Shown here: positions 62,918-64,000 of the stretch, one piece after another
Position numbering within the stretch: position 1 is the first letter of the stretch
Layout of the letters: each line of letters starts with the position of its first letter
Origin: Armatimonadota bacterium
GTDB taxonomy: Bacteria > Armatimonadota > Fimbriimonadia > Fimbriimonadales > GBS-DC
Length of the DNA: 64,000 bases
Direction: 5' to 3'
NCBI GenBank assembly: GCA_037442365.1
Contig: JBBIQK010000003.1
Coordinates: forward strand, 40,526 to 104,525
Translations under genes and position numbers: made by a program
The notes under the pieces: model-generated
The model's input: the letters and a program-made list of their open reading frames with translations, nothing else
What the model was told of the DNA's origin: nothing
Databases searched by the model: none

Positions 62918-63584
62918 CCCCCTCCCGAACATCAGGAAGTGTCGTTCCTGGTGTCCAGTCTGGTTGATTATGCTTCCGTTGGTCATCAGGACGGAGATTC
63001 CCCCAAGTAGGTGGAGTGGTTTCAGGGTTTTCCTGGTATCTTTTTCGGTCTTCGTTCATCTTATCACGAAACTCTTGTGCGTTCTTAGCCTCGTGACAGC
63101 CGTGTAGAACTTCACCCAATACCACGGTACCTCCTATACCAAGTCCACTGATCAATCTACTCCCAAACCTTCCAAGCCTCGCGACAAAGCCTCCTATGGC
63201 GTTAATTCCATTGCGTATAGCAGATAAGATACACCCACTCGGATCCACCAGTTGCAGTGGGTCATTCACGCAGTACCCATACCCATTCAGCGTTCTCGGC
63301 GCGTAGACAGACCCCAGCCACGGATCTACCTGCAAGAACCGACCCACCGACGGGTCATACCAGCGCACGCCCACCTTCTGCAAACCGCCTGTGAGCGCCT
63401 CGTTCCGATACCCCCACGCCCCGTTCCAATCGTAAGCCTCCCGTGCGCCGTTTACCAAGTCCCCAAACGCATCCGTGACGGGCGCAGGCAAGTACCCTCC
63501 ACTGGGAGTGGACTTCGCGGCTAAGTCGCCGCGCACACTCCAGTGCTTATACTCGGTTCCCGCGCTGCTGACCTGCTGGTACAT
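62886..63584 (-). CDS. Short RHS repeat-associated core protein with unrecognised C-terminal tip
   Basis: [33 protein letters not shown] then about 115 aa; start placed at MYQQ (ORF is open to 63743). Confidence 0.85.
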   Translation of the reverse strand: MYQQVSSAGTEYKHWSVRGDLAAKSTPSGGYLPAPVTDAFGDLVNGAREAYDWNGAWGYRNEALTGGLQKVGVRWYDPSVGRFLQVDPWLGSVYAPRTLNGYGYCVNDPLQLVDPSGCILSAIRNGINAIGGFVARLGRFGSRLISGLGIGGTVVLGEVLHGCHEAKNAQEFRDKMNEDRKRYQENPETTPPTWGNLRPDDQRKHNQPDWTPGTTLPDVREGDADESIWRYW

Positions 63585-63755
63585 CGCTGCCCCGTAGCTG
63601 GAGTATACCCAATCTTTGCGACTTGTTGGCGAGCCACTCCAACACAGTCGCCACAGGATAGCGCAGCCCGCGAATGACAGGCTCGCCGTGGCAGATGGTC
63701 GGGTCGCGTGTGATACGGCTGAGTAATCACTCTGTTCCTTCATAGTTTTATCAAA

Positions 63756-64000
63756 TCATTTAGAATGTTCCATATCTAACTGATACAATCCCACTGATCT
63801 ACTAACCGTGTCCTGATTTATACCGAAAACGCGTATAATCCCTTCCCAATCCACTTCAATCCATTGCCCCCCCCACCCCAGATATACACTCAGGCAAGGG
63901 TCATATTTAGCAAGCACACCTGTTGGTCCGTTCAACTCAATCTGCCAGTCTAAACGCCCGTTCATATCACTTCGTGCAATCCAACTGCTGCTCAGCACAA
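63756..64000 (-). CDS. Hypothetical low-GC protein, 3' part only
   Basis: Open frame running off the window edge within the RHS island. Confidence 0.45.
   Translation of the reverse strand, partial: VLSSSWIARSDMNGRLDWQIELNGPTGVLAKYDPCLSVYLGWGGQWIEVDWEGIIRVFGINQDTVSRSVGLYQLDMEHSK

Noticed and set aside
59105-63611. RHS repeats as a diversity-generating retroelement
   Set aside because: No reverse transcriptase in the window, and differences between copies do not look adenine-specific

Overview
GC-rich bacterial chromosome segment, most consistent with a Fimbriimonadia-like Armatimonadota organism. This placement is an inference from the UBact-proteasome operon, prepilin/DUF1559 proteins, a PEP-CTERM protein and repeated DDADLLxVLFNFG dockerin-like C-termini. 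Housekeeping genes include the pfkA end, thyX, recX-rny, a CCA-type nucleotidyltransferase, infC-rpmI-rplT-pheS, an mdh-like gene, cdd, citrate synthase, galE, guaB and tRNA-Glu. Notable items: (1) an unannotated 43-aa secreted peptide inside an operon with an intact membrane HD-GYP and a degenerate HD-GYP, a candidate peptide/cyclic-dinucleotide signalling system; (2) five secreted proteins sharing a dockerin-like tail, including a small putative adaptor coupled to an autochaperone fibre protein, and a LacI-controlled lectin/pilin/GH16 operon; (3) a lower-GC terminal island of orphan RHS cassettes, three of which start at the same promoter-like TGGGTATACT-N17-ATG boundary, mixed with toxin-antitoxin genes; (4) an AccB-like protein without the biotin lysine, an Rpn gene, a MITE family and many apparently leaderless genes. 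All calls come from reading motifs by eye; no database searches were run.
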